Positions 55,901 to 62,257 of a stretch of 62,257 bases of DNA are shown here, one piece after another. The notes under the pieces were generated by a model. It saw only the letters and a program-made list of their open reading frames with translations, did no database searches and was not told the origin of the DNA. Where the stretch lies: positions 1 to 62,257 of the IMG/VR virus record IMGVR_UViG_3300020156_000030. One strand, given 5' to 3'. The translations under genes and the position numbers were made by a program. Positions within the stretch are counted from its first letter, which is position 1, and the number at the start of each line of letters is the position of its first letter. The stretch is from a virus (lineage: Duplodnaviria; Caudoviricetes).

Positions 55901-57365
55901 GAGGGGCGGCAGGGATCGGCCCAAGCCCAGTCTGCACCATCCCGTCCGGCCGGATGTTCCCCATAGGAGTGGGTGTCGGCTGGGCCGCCGGCTGGGGGGT
56001 AGGAGCGGGCGTTACCTGCTGGGTAACCGGCTGGGTAACCGGCTGGGTAACCGGCTGGGGTGCCACGGCCGCCGGAGTGGGAGCGGGAGCCGGAGCCGGA
56101 GTAGGGGCAGCAGGCGGCGGCTCTGCAGCGGAGGCCGTTGCCACGGGCACGGGGGCAGGTGCCGGGGGCTGGGTAACAGCCGGAGCTTCGGTGGTTGCGG
56201 GGGCTCCAACATGCTCCGGCTGCGTCGCGCTGATCGCCGCCTGCTGTTCAGGGGAAACGCCAGTGCCAACGGTCGGTGGTGCGACCGCGCGGCGGCGCTT
56301 CGAGTAGACCTTGGGGGACCCCACAGGAGCGTTCTGCGGGTTACCCACGACGACATTGGTAGTCGGCGGGGGAGGCGGGGCAGCGGCCGTGAGCCCGCCC
56401 GGCGTAGCCGCCTGAGGAGAGGGTTGGGTCGTAGCCGGGGCATTCTGCACCGGCATGGACGGGGTGCGCGGCTTGCGCCCACCAATAGCGTCGGCAGCGC
56501 CACCGAGGGCCGCGCCGATAGCGGCACCTTCGAGACCACCGGCGACCACGCGGCCCCAGTCAACCTCGGGCTGGAAGCCACCAGAAACAGCACCAGCCTC
56601 GCCGGCATAGGTCTCTGCGCCAGACTGGATACCCTCCGTCGCGCCACCGAGAGCCGCCCCCTTGGCGGATCGGGCCATCAGCCCGCCCGTCATGGACTGG
56701 CCTACACCCTTCACGCCGACGGCGCGGGCAACCTGACCCGGCACACCGAACACAGAAGTGGCAGCGCCAAGGGCAAACAGGACGAGCGGCATGGAGCCGG
56801 TAAGAGCACCGTTGAGCTGCTCTCGGGCCTGACTCTCATCCATGCCGGAGGCACGCAGCCCGTTGTAATAGGTGCTCTCTTCGCGGAGCTGGGCGTCGGT
56901 CTTCTCGCTCACGACGCGGAAGGCGTTATCGGCGACACCGCCGGCGCTGAGCACACCGCCCGTGGCACCCATAGCCATGAGGCTGGCGAGGCCGCCACCG
57001 CTGAACACGGCGGGCACAACAGCCGCAGCGATGCTGGGAAGGGTAGCTGCCGTCTTCAGACCAATCGAGCTGAACGGCGCGGACCAGAACTCCGGCGAGC
57101 CGAACTCTGCGTTCAGCCGCTCCTGAGCAACGGGGCTGAGCTCCGAAATCTCTTCCTCGGTCCAGTCGCCCAACTTGTTGCGGAGATACTCGGCTGCGCC
57201 GCCGATCGCACTCGTAATGGGGCTATCGACCTGATCTGCTGCCCACTCGACACCACCAAGCGCGGCGGTGCCCACCCCGAGCGAGCCGACCTGTAGCGCG
57301 GTAGAAGCGTAATCCCCGAAAGTGGGAGAAGCAGGCCCTCGCCTCCGCAGCCACGGGTCCGGCAT
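49956..57365 (-). CDS. Giant internal virion/ejection polyvalent protein (InPase-like and zincin domains)
   Basis: 2469 aa. Gly/Ala hydrophobic N-terminus, Pro-rich linker, GNYKKGH...HYGHILGTEGVDGDPVDVF...FDEHKVFVGF, THEVIH...ELVAE and a helical C-terminus. Confidence 0.8.
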   Translation of the reverse strand: MPDPWLRRRGPASPTFGDYASTALQVGSLGVGTAALGGVEWAADQVDSPITSAIGGAAEYLRNKLGDWTEEEISELSPVAQERLNAEFGSPEFWSAPFSSIGLKTAATLPSIAAAVVPAVFSGGGLASLMAMGATGGVLSAGGVADNAFRVVSEKTDAQLREESTYYNGLRASGMDESQAREQLNGALTGSMPLVLFALGAATSVFGVPGQVARAVGVKGVGQSMTGGLMARSAKGAALGGATEGIQSGAETYAGEAGAVSGGFQPEVDWGRVVAGGLEGAAIGAALGGAADAIGGRKPRTPSMPVQNAPATTQPSPQAATPGGLTAAAPPPPPTTNVVVGNPQNAPVGSPKVYSKRRRAVAPPTVGTGVSPEQQAAISATQPEHVGAPATTEAPAVTQPPAPAPVPVATASAAEPPPAAPTPAPAPAPTPAAVAPQPVTQPVTQPVTQQVTPAPTPQPAAQPTPTPMGNIRPDGMVQTGLGPIPAAPPPRVGPQGRRILESMRPEDVEARRLQAEATAEARRRARGMLTTDEEGNVALRENIEPERQGKNRSEKQREERKRTNEVAASVIELHLPDPSEQNYAARGGEAQAARGNILQRARRLVDAAKEQGITIPGRLQENTDAEMNYNGAVQLLVEARDLLKKKKPGKEAFDRFVKREWDIRTGGEEDARAERRAEGASVKSSYKGDVETMAAPGMGAATEEEAARNEARAEELSVEDPEGEADRQRTRSLAKLEDETTVRPDPTIVGKEDVETRVSGRRRGVTIDDGTETVDGVVRAKKASDVKVLSDEEKARIAASMGLQVAGAKPAPKPAPQPAPQTPVTPESKPAPKVTPKVQEVKARVSKAKAAKDARVERLQKIVGAKAGDWVTSSGDISYSKAGEPYKISSITSSDVHIRDAGGSETTWSYAQLLGAARRGVVFTKVSDPTAQKTPDQKVKAAAKETDRKPTEAQKAAGNYKKGHVNALGLRMAIETPKGGMRSGRAPDGSEWAVRMPAHYGHILGTEGVDGDPVDVFIGGDLTSDFAVILDQRSLETQAFDEHKVFVGFKNMLQVMDAYEGAFSDGRAAERVQDIRVVTLPELKDWLAKRGATKKEAGADTDQAVVEDIKSDAPSDEVLPAEVWDPVEAVTRGAPFWMAMDPAGSIRLEDGYPLWYYEKFTTRESFERFATLEAAEGVYNNPFFSLLRSKLMAAVPDVPVYVVTYADMERIANTRADGAYHPKMDAIFVAGEVFQKKARAMHVLTHEVIHAATARMINNTPALSASIEALREYVVSYTGGINDLTGNQWYGLRNEHELVAEAMSNAAFQNFLKDVQISDTLARQLGIREWRKYTTWDAFVDVLRRAFGLPPKGATALEAAISLTERAMLDKLPADESTYMDRMLADQRRNRLVEAIRRQREGYIKTSAAPGADVLPFIPETLNRRLPGVLQQPDMQEQAAAPRLLRLRTLDQIAQLAKDYFGGNNPVRRVADLIEMTRQRAEVLLRQSEPVIHRLYLAERQYRNTVVRNDAQGRPVTQWQEFASLLHDETMAGVFADRPLDQNTHLGKDTLHGAWPKAQHADLARRWAALPQDLKDLRRESIDFFTQQQNQMSLGLIRNRILKAAGITDPAVADPLAVRLHEGTATDADKELLGEVYDLIEEAGELAKIKGPYVPLMRRGSHVVRARYIIRPPAAGTKGFLRQIEDNVFEFDDRKAALDFARQQETRPAIRSRWVDKTTGEPWVIDEKGNTIRISKQDMDAEQRFRVTVQDRHVEFFDSAREALAAARELERQVGTVFSEVMGAAERRYDPGDRQADMVSRQMLRLQQGLERRSGYKDLTAGQKNELVQALRETSIRLMGATRIQSKRLPRNYVEGASRDLTRNMDEYAKSTAGYLAKLETQPELDEALKQMREAADHPADGDFGKRNSMGRSAIANEVESRTYQTAAIEDLGMVGEVTHRVTSLAFLDFLFSPAYSVVNALQPAMLTYPGLAARFGAGRAASMMFKVYDDIGGLATAGSGLRATVNKVRRPSEEGGTFFEEIRDRVKNADERWMLDYLHDRGSLGIDAGLEIGRLIEMRGGVVGGLDRGINYLQGIGRQMPRAVEAINRTVSALTAFRLEMARNGGDREAAAIFAQEATNLTQGLYSHTDAPPIFNHPLGRLTLQFKKYGQLVYGFMGHQIGRAIRNANPGDRAEALKTLGFMTAMHVTVAGTLGLPTEPFKFLVMGMNAVGVTELTWSDVEHWQRQIASELIGPTAGEALTRGVTRLLPGGMAFDLSSRVGLADVLTFGEPRSNDSHDIMAYFGELVGGAPTSMMMDWVSGTNDLWAGNIAQGVEKLSPLKFASNSIAAYRRMTEGRKSAAGYQTMDPYTLQEALIRSFGFTPGREAESNERRSYFYGAQKREASQRNDYLHLWAGAAPNERTKLWGQIEKWNRGRKPDERLTRSELDRYIRRRQSEEKGGVVKDGFRVTRRDRALYESTEGVYNTR

Positions 57366-57408
57366 ATCAAAACCTCATCGAGCCGTGCATTACCTCATAT
57401 GGTAACGG

Positions 57409-59910
57409 TCACGGTATGTCCAGAGCGCGCTGCCTGCGCCGCATCATCTCTTCCAGCCCCTGATCTCGCTGGCGCATCATGCCACCGATCTCGTTCTGGC
57501 GCTGAACCGGATCAACCGTGGGCAGGGCTCGACCGATAGCCCCGACCCCCCTTCCGATGGCGTCCAGTATGGGGGTTTCCTGACGGCCCAGATTGCGGGC
57601 CATGTTGTCGCCCACCGTCTGAGGGATGGCGGTAATAGCAGCGCCCAGCCGGTTGAGGGTGTCGGTGTCCCTAGCGCCACGCTGTTCCTGCTTCGCCGCC
57701 TCACCCTTCAGGATGGTGATGAGGGCACCGCGCTGGTTCATGATGGTCTGGAACACGTCGGCCGGTATGTTGAGCGGCGGCATGGTGTCGAACTCAACAG
57801 TGACCATCTTGCCGTCCTCGGACCGCGTAGCCTTCGCGCCGCCCGGCAGAACCTTGGGGTCCATCTCCTCCGGGCTGGCATGGAGGAGCTGCGCCACGCC
57901 GCGCACGGCGTAGGCGGGCTGTGCCCGCACTTCGGGGTGGCGGACCAACTCGTTGGCCAGCAGCCTGATGTCGGGAGCCAGCCTCTGGACAGCAGCAGCG
58001 CCCTCCTCGCTACCCATCTCAGGGTCAGATAGCTCGGAGATATACTCATCAATCTCCGTCCGCACGGCGAGGTTGATGGTGTCGTCCTCGGTCGGGCTGG
58101 CGAAATCCGAACCACCTCCACCCCCGCCGGAGCTGCCCCCAGCACGATTGAGGCGCACAGCGTTGGCCTCTTCAACAGTCATCTGGGAGTAGTCGGGCGT
58201 GACACTCGGATCGGCCAGAGCCGCAGCGGCGGCGGCCGACATGGCGTTGGCCTTCTCCGCTTTCTGACCAGCAGCGGCCATGATCGCATTGTCGAAGTCC
58301 GCCGGCCCGAAGCCCATGATCATGGCATAGAGCTCATTCGGCGGCACAAGCTGCTTGGTCGTGGTCTCACCCGTCTCGATGTTCTTCACCACGAGCTCGA
58401 AGTCGTCGCCCTTCTTGTTGACATCGACCTCGTTGCCGTCCGGCACGAAGGCGTATGCTTTCACCGCAGCCTCGACCGCGCCGTCCATGTTGCCATCTTC
58501 GGCAGCAGCCTGTGCAACGGCGGTCCACCGCGAGAAGGACTGGCGGTAAGACATGAGAATGTCAGCGGCGACTTTCTTAGCCTCCTCCGACCCCGGCCCG
58601 TAGATGTCGCTGTAAACGTCGTAGGTTGCCCCCAGCGTGAGCAGGTTCACCGCCGCAGGGGACAGGTTCTCCTTGCCGCCCATGGCGTCGAGAACGATGT
58701 CCTGCGCCGACTTCACAAGTTTGGGGTCGGGGGCGTTGTTACCCGTGAGGTAATCGCGGGTGGCCGCCTCCTGATTGGGGTCAGGGACAGCGGTATCCTG
58801 CGTCAGCCCCATGGTGTTGGCCGCAAACGTAAGGCCATCCCGGGTAGCATCGTAAGCCATTGCGGCCGCACGTGCGATCTTGGCAGACTTGCCCGTCTTG
58901 GGTTCAGTGGAGGGGCCAGTTCCGCTCGCCATGATGTCGATCGCCTGCTGGCCGGCACTGCCCCGGGAGCCTTCGCTTCCTGCTTCTCCCCCATATCCCA
59001 GCAGCTGCTGAGCACGAGGCAGGTGCTCCTGCTCGATCCGGGCCACATGGCTGCGGATGTCACCGTTGCCGTCCGAGGCGTTCCAGCGCGGCTGCCCGTT
59101 CTTCAGAGAGCCGGCGTTCACGATGCTGTAGAGCTCGGCGAGGCCATGCCCGGGGCGCACGCCACGGTCCAGAAGGTAAGCCTTGACCGGACCACGCACC
59201 TGCTCGGCGAGCGTCATGCCATCCCTATACCCATAGGTGGCGCGCTCGTTGGGTCCGAACTGGATAGCCCCCTTGTGCTGGTTGTTCTTGCCGCCTTGGA
59301 TGTTGGGGTTGGAAAGACCGCCGGTCTCGTAGGACATGAGCGCGGTCAGATGCAGCGGGCTGACACCCAGCTCCAAAGAGGTATCGAGAATGGCCGACAC
59401 CGCCTCCTGATCGAGCTGTGGTGCACTGGTCTGCTGGCCGCCGGTCGGTAGGGCGGACTGCGGAGACGCATCGGGGGCGTCGGGAGCGTCGATGCCATAC
59501 TTCCGGCGAAGCGTCTCTTGGATTGCTCCCTTGATCCCCCGGACCTTCTCGTTCTCCATCTCCTGCGCTTCAGCCTGAGCCCCGGTGTAACGGGTCTGGG
59601 CACCCTGCAGAGCCGAGCCAGCGCGGGTCCCCTCGATCTCGGCGCGCTGACGCTCGGGGTTACCCATCCAGTCGGCCTGCACGCCGGTGTAATCGGCATA
59701 CGCCTCCTTGGACCGGATTTCGGCCTCCGTGCCGCGACGGCGAAGAGCCCGCATCTCCGGGTCCTTGTATTCCTCCAGCTCCAGCTCAGCGGCTTCGGTC
59801 TGGACCGCCTTCAGCCGACGGTCGGCACGGCGGTCCTTTACCCCCTCGAACAGGTCCACGCCCGAGGAGAAGGCCGACACGAAGTCCTTGAGTTCATTGC
59901 CGAAGGGCAT
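57409..59910 (-). CDS. Internal virion protein with a lysozyme-like domain
   Basis: LGVSP..L...MSYETGG...GAIQFG within an 833-aa helical protein. Confidence 0.65.
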   Translation of the reverse strand: MPFGNELKDFVSAFSSGVDLFEGVKDRRADRRLKAVQTEAAELELEEYKDPEMRALRRRGTEAEIRSKEAYADYTGVQADWMGNPERQRAEIEGTRAGSALQGAQTRYTGAQAEAQEMENEKVRGIKGAIQETLRRKYGIDAPDAPDASPQSALPTGGQQTSAPQLDQEAVSAILDTSLELGVSPLHLTALMSYETGGLSNPNIQGGKNNQHKGAIQFGPNERATYGYRDGMTLAEQVRGPVKAYLLDRGVRPGHGLAELYSIVNAGSLKNGQPRWNASDGNGDIRSHVARIEQEHLPRAQQLLGYGGEAGSEGSRGSAGQQAIDIMASGTGPSTEPKTGKSAKIARAAAMAYDATRDGLTFAANTMGLTQDTAVPDPNQEAATRDYLTGNNAPDPKLVKSAQDIVLDAMGGKENLSPAAVNLLTLGATYDVYSDIYGPGSEEAKKVAADILMSYRQSFSRWTAVAQAAAEDGNMDGAVEAAVKAYAFVPDGNEVDVNKKGDDFELVVKNIETGETTTKQLVPPNELYAMIMGFGPADFDNAIMAAAGQKAEKANAMSAAAAAALADPSVTPDYSQMTVEEANAVRLNRAGGSSGGGGGGSDFASPTEDDTINLAVRTEIDEYISELSDPEMGSEEGAAAVQRLAPDIRLLANELVRHPEVRAQPAYAVRGVAQLLHASPEEMDPKVLPGGAKATRSEDGKMVTVEFDTMPPLNIPADVFQTIMNQRGALITILKGEAAKQEQRGARDTDTLNRLGAAITAIPQTVGDNMARNLGRQETPILDAIGRGVGAIGRALPTVDPVQRQNEIGGMMRQRDQGLEEMMRRRQRALDIP

Positions 59911-59912
59911 GG

Positions 59913-60953
59913 TTACCTCACGGGTAAGGCTGGAGCGGCGGGGCGAGCGGGAACTGGTAAGGCAGTCGCCTCCTGTCGCTCCTTCTCAGCCTTCTCGATC
60001 AGATGGTGGAAGTGCTTCTCCCCATACCACTTCACGGCATCGGGCGGAATGACGAACTCGCCGGCGGTGAGCCGCGCACTCACATCATCCGGCTTCACAC
60101 CGCCCGAAGGAGACGCACCCTCCGGCACCGGACCACCATCCTCGAACGCCAGCGTGGCCATGCTCCCAAGGAAGCCGAGCGCCGTGCCCCAACCGGACGA
60201 CTGGGACTGGTTTGCCTGCCATGCCTGAAGCTGGTTCTGATAGCCCTGATTGAGGATATTGCCCCACTGGCCCACGGCTTGGTTACCCAGCCCTTGCCAC
60301 TGGGGCGCGGTGCCCATCAGGTTACCACCCATGCCAGCGGTGGCATTCGCGTTTCCGATGGCCGAATTACCCGCGCCAACGCTACCGGCATACGACCCGG
60401 CGATCTGCCCCGGGTAGCCACGGCCAACGTTGATCGCTTCGGACCTTAGCGCACGAGCGGTAGCATCCACATTCTCGGACGCTTGGTTGCCGGCAGCTGC
60501 AGCCGCCGCCGCCTGACTGGCCCGCATACCCACATCGAGTGCTGCGAAGCGAGTAGCAGAAGGGTTGACACCGTAACTCTCAAGCTGCCGCTGAGCGGCC
60601 TGCCGTGCCCCCTCGAAGTTCTGGGCGACCGTAGCCTGAGCCCGGCCGATCTCCTTGTCCTTCCGCTCCTGCGTGGAGTAGTCGGCGGCCTCGGCGGCGA
60701 GCTGGTCTTCGAGTGGCTGGTAAATCTCCTCGTATCGAGCCCGGTCCTTCATCGCTGCGGCGTGCTGGTCCTGCATCGCCTTCAGCGTGAACTCGGAGGT
60801 CTCCTTCAGGACATCCTTGTTCTCGGCATAGACCGACTTCGCCCAGTCGAGCTGCTCGCGGGCGATCTTGTAGGACATCTCGGCGGACTTCTCGCTGACG
60901 CGAGCAAGCTCACTGTAGTCCGGCGGCTTAGGAGCCTTGCTTTTACCACCCAT
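59913..60953 (-). CDS. DNA ejection/pilot protein
   Basis: MGGKSKAPKPPDY N-terminus, Gln/Ala/Gly-rich body and a DDVSARLTAGEFVIP C-terminal motif. Confidence 0.7.
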   Translation of the reverse strand: MGGKSKAPKPPDYSELARVSEKSAEMSYKIAREQLDWAKSVYAENKDVLKETSEFTLKAMQDQHAAAMKDRARYEEIYQPLEDQLAAEAADYSTQERKDKEIGRAQATVAQNFEGARQAAQRQLESYGVNPSATRFAALDVGMRASQAAAAAAAGNQASENVDATARALRSEAINVGRGYPGQIAGSYAGSVGAGNSAIGNANATAGMGGNLMGTAPQWQGLGNQAVGQWGNILNQGYQNQLQAWQANQSQSSGWGTALGFLGSMATLAFEDGGPVPEGASPSGGVKPDDVSARLTAGEFVIPPDAVKWYGEKHFHHLIEKAEKERQEATALPVPARPAAPALPVR

Positions 60954-60962
60954 ACCGGCCTC

Positions 60963-61427
60963 TCAGTGCTGCGTGAAGATTTCCTTGTCGTGGCTTATGA
61001 GTGTTCTGAAAGATGGAGAGGGCTGCAGCTTTATCCAGCGGCAGTCCTCACGGTGCATCTTCAGGACAACCAAGTCCCCGTCAGGAAACACATCGGCGAT
61101 CCGAGCCACTTCCTTAAACCCCAGTTTACGATCGAACTCAAGAGCGCGCCTGTTGGTGGACGGCACGGGGCCGAACACAACCTCGCAATCGAGCTGGACA
61201 AGGGGGTAGTGGAAGCACACCCAGAGAAGGTCCTTGTTGATCCAGTTGGGCATGAAACTCGCCACGTGCATGGCGATGCTCTTGCCCGTGTAGTCCTTGT
61301 AGACGACACCCCCCGCCAGCTGCCCGCGCACGGAACGGCTGATAACCGTGTCCACCTCGGCATTGAAGCTGGTGCCCGAGGTTTCGGCGATCTTGCGGCC
61401 GTGGATGAGGTTGTCGAAATGTATCAC
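60963..61427 (-). CDS. GNAT-family acetyltransferase-like protein
   Basis: FHYPL.QL.C......N.RAL.F..KLGF.E; typical position before the ejection genes. Confidence 0.75.
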   Translation of the reverse strand: MIHFDNLIHGRKIAETSGTSFNAEVDTVISRSVRGQLAGGVVYKDYTGKSIAMHVASFMPNWINKDLLWVCFHYPLVQLDCEVVFGPVPSTNRRALEFDRKLGFKEVARIADVFPDGDLVVLKMHREDCRWIKLQPSPSFRTLISHDKEIFTQH

Positions 61428-61672
61428 CGTCGGTCCGACCCCCTGTTAGGCACGTCGTTGGGCTCGATGAGCCCTTTCTCCACGAGGTCCCCCCAAGTTA
61501 CCATGGAGGTAACCGGATCAGCGCCGCCGCGCTGCCGGGTCATGATCTCCACCGCCTCCTTCAGAGCCATTACCGTGTCGTGCATGGACTCGACGGTAGG
61601 GCGGGGCTCCGGGATGGCGGGGAACTTGCGGGCATTGCGGAAGCGGAGGCGTCGGACGTTAAGCACTGGCAA
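61424..61672 (-). CDS. Hypothetical tail-region protein
   Basis: ALKEAVEIMT.QRG...VTWGDL...GLI; start uncertain. Confidence 0.6.
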   Translation of the reverse strand: MPVLNVRRLRFRNARKFPAIPEPRPTVESMHDTVMALKEAVEIMTRQRGGADPVTSMVTWGDLVEKGLIEPNDVPNRGSDRR

Positions 61673-62257
61673 GCTCCTTCGAGGTAGTGGCGAAGTGCAC
61701 GGAGGTGATCTTCACTCGCGCCTCAATCTCAAACTGCCAGTATTCCGCCTTGAAGCCCGAGGGGCCTCTGAACAGCTCACCGGAACGCCGAAGCTCTCGC
61801 GTCATGACCAGACGATCATCGGCATAGAACCGGATGACTCCATACTGGTCCTCAGCAAGGGTTTGATCTTCAGCCACGTTTCGGACGGGGTTCTGGGCCG
61901 GGGTGGCTGGCGGAACGGTGAAGTCAACCTTGATCGCCCCGAAGTTCTTACCCATCGGGGTATTGAACGACTTGGACCGCCAGAGCGCCACCTCTACGGG
62001 GCTCTCGTCGTCTCGCTGGTCGATCCACTGAACCTCGTCGTTTCGCAGTAGGAACACCTCGCCCGACCACGCATCATTCTGGATGCCGAACATCGGGTCC
62101 TCGCTATGGAGGAGCGTGAAGGCGACGGTCTGGTTCATCGGGTCGATGAGCACGCCGTTATGCGCGCCGGTGTAATCCTCATTGGCAAAGGCGCTGGGCT
62201 CAAAGGTCCCTTCTTGGAACACACCCGGCACGACGCTGCCGAAGCCGTAGTAGGCGG
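61659..62257 (-). CDS. Tail tubular/stabilisation protein, C-terminal part; enters from the right edge
   Basis: Frame is open from the edge (AYYGFGSVVPG...); WRSK.F and FR.PSGFK...WQFEIE motifs. Confidence 0.7.
   Translation of the reverse strand, partial: AYYGFGSVVPGVFQEGTFEPSAFANEDYTGAHNGVLIDPMNQTVAFTLLHSEDPMFGIQNDAWSGEVFLLRNDEVQWIDQRDDESPVEVALWRSKSFNTPMGKNFGAIKVDFTVPPATPAQNPVRNVAEDQTLAEDQYGVIRFYADDRLVMTRELRRSGELFRGPSGFKAEYWQFEIEARVKITSVHFATTSKELASA

Larger units (their letters stand above)
505..61512. repeat. Dispersed palindrome TTAC-N7/8-GTAA, about 60 copies
   Basis: Counted by eye; coordinates are listed in the findings. Confidence 0.92.

Noticed and set aside
505-61512. Palindrome as a known host box (CtrA TTAA-N7-TTAA, alphaproteobacterial LexA GTTC-N7-GTTC, NtcA GTA-N8-TAC)
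   Set aside because: Half-site sequence or orientation does not match any of these. Also rejected as a pure stop-codon/RBS artefact because many copies are mid-gene on either strand.
1-62257. tRNA genes, integrase/att sites, IS elements
   Set aside because: No cloverleaf with T-loop consensus, recombinase motif or transposase was seen by eye. A tRNAscan/HMM run is needed to exclude them formally.

Overview
The window reads as a nearly complete, circularly permuted, GC-rich (about 63-65% by eye) tailed dsDNA phage genome of podovirus type. An alphaproteobacterial host is my inference only. The minus strand (49.9 kb to the end, continuing 17.3 kb to position 1) carries the morphogenesis and lysis genes: portal, scaffold, major capsid, adaptors, tail spike and fibres, a muramidase endolysin, a tail-tube/stabiliser gene split across the window ends, a GNAT and three ejection proteins including a 2469-aa polyvalent protein. 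TerS and TerL are divergent on the plus strand. The plus strand from 21.5 to 49.4 kb carries early and replication genes: many small duplicated ORFs, a MoxR-type AAA ATPase with a vWA/metallopeptidase partner, PolA, a Cas4-like nuclease, VRR-NUC, an SNF2 helicase, an SSB-like protein and a primase-DUF927 helicase. I recognised no integrase, RNA polymerase, reverse transcriptase, tRNA or CRISPR array. Four unexplained signals stand out. (1) About 60 copies of the palindrome TTAC-N7/8-GTAA are spread genome-wide, including inside coding sequence. (2) A 7-unit array of a conserved IRELIWGVPGDV leader plus hypervariable Gly-rich segments surrounds a DUF6948-like gene at 27.8-29.5 kb. (3) A roughly 450-nt highly structured, pseudoknotted RNA candidate lies at 21.08-21.53 kb, with smaller knotted intergenic RNA candidates at 25.4 and 34.3 kb. 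(4) Several families of small paralogs share only a short terminal motif. All family assignments come from motif recognition by eye, not database searches.
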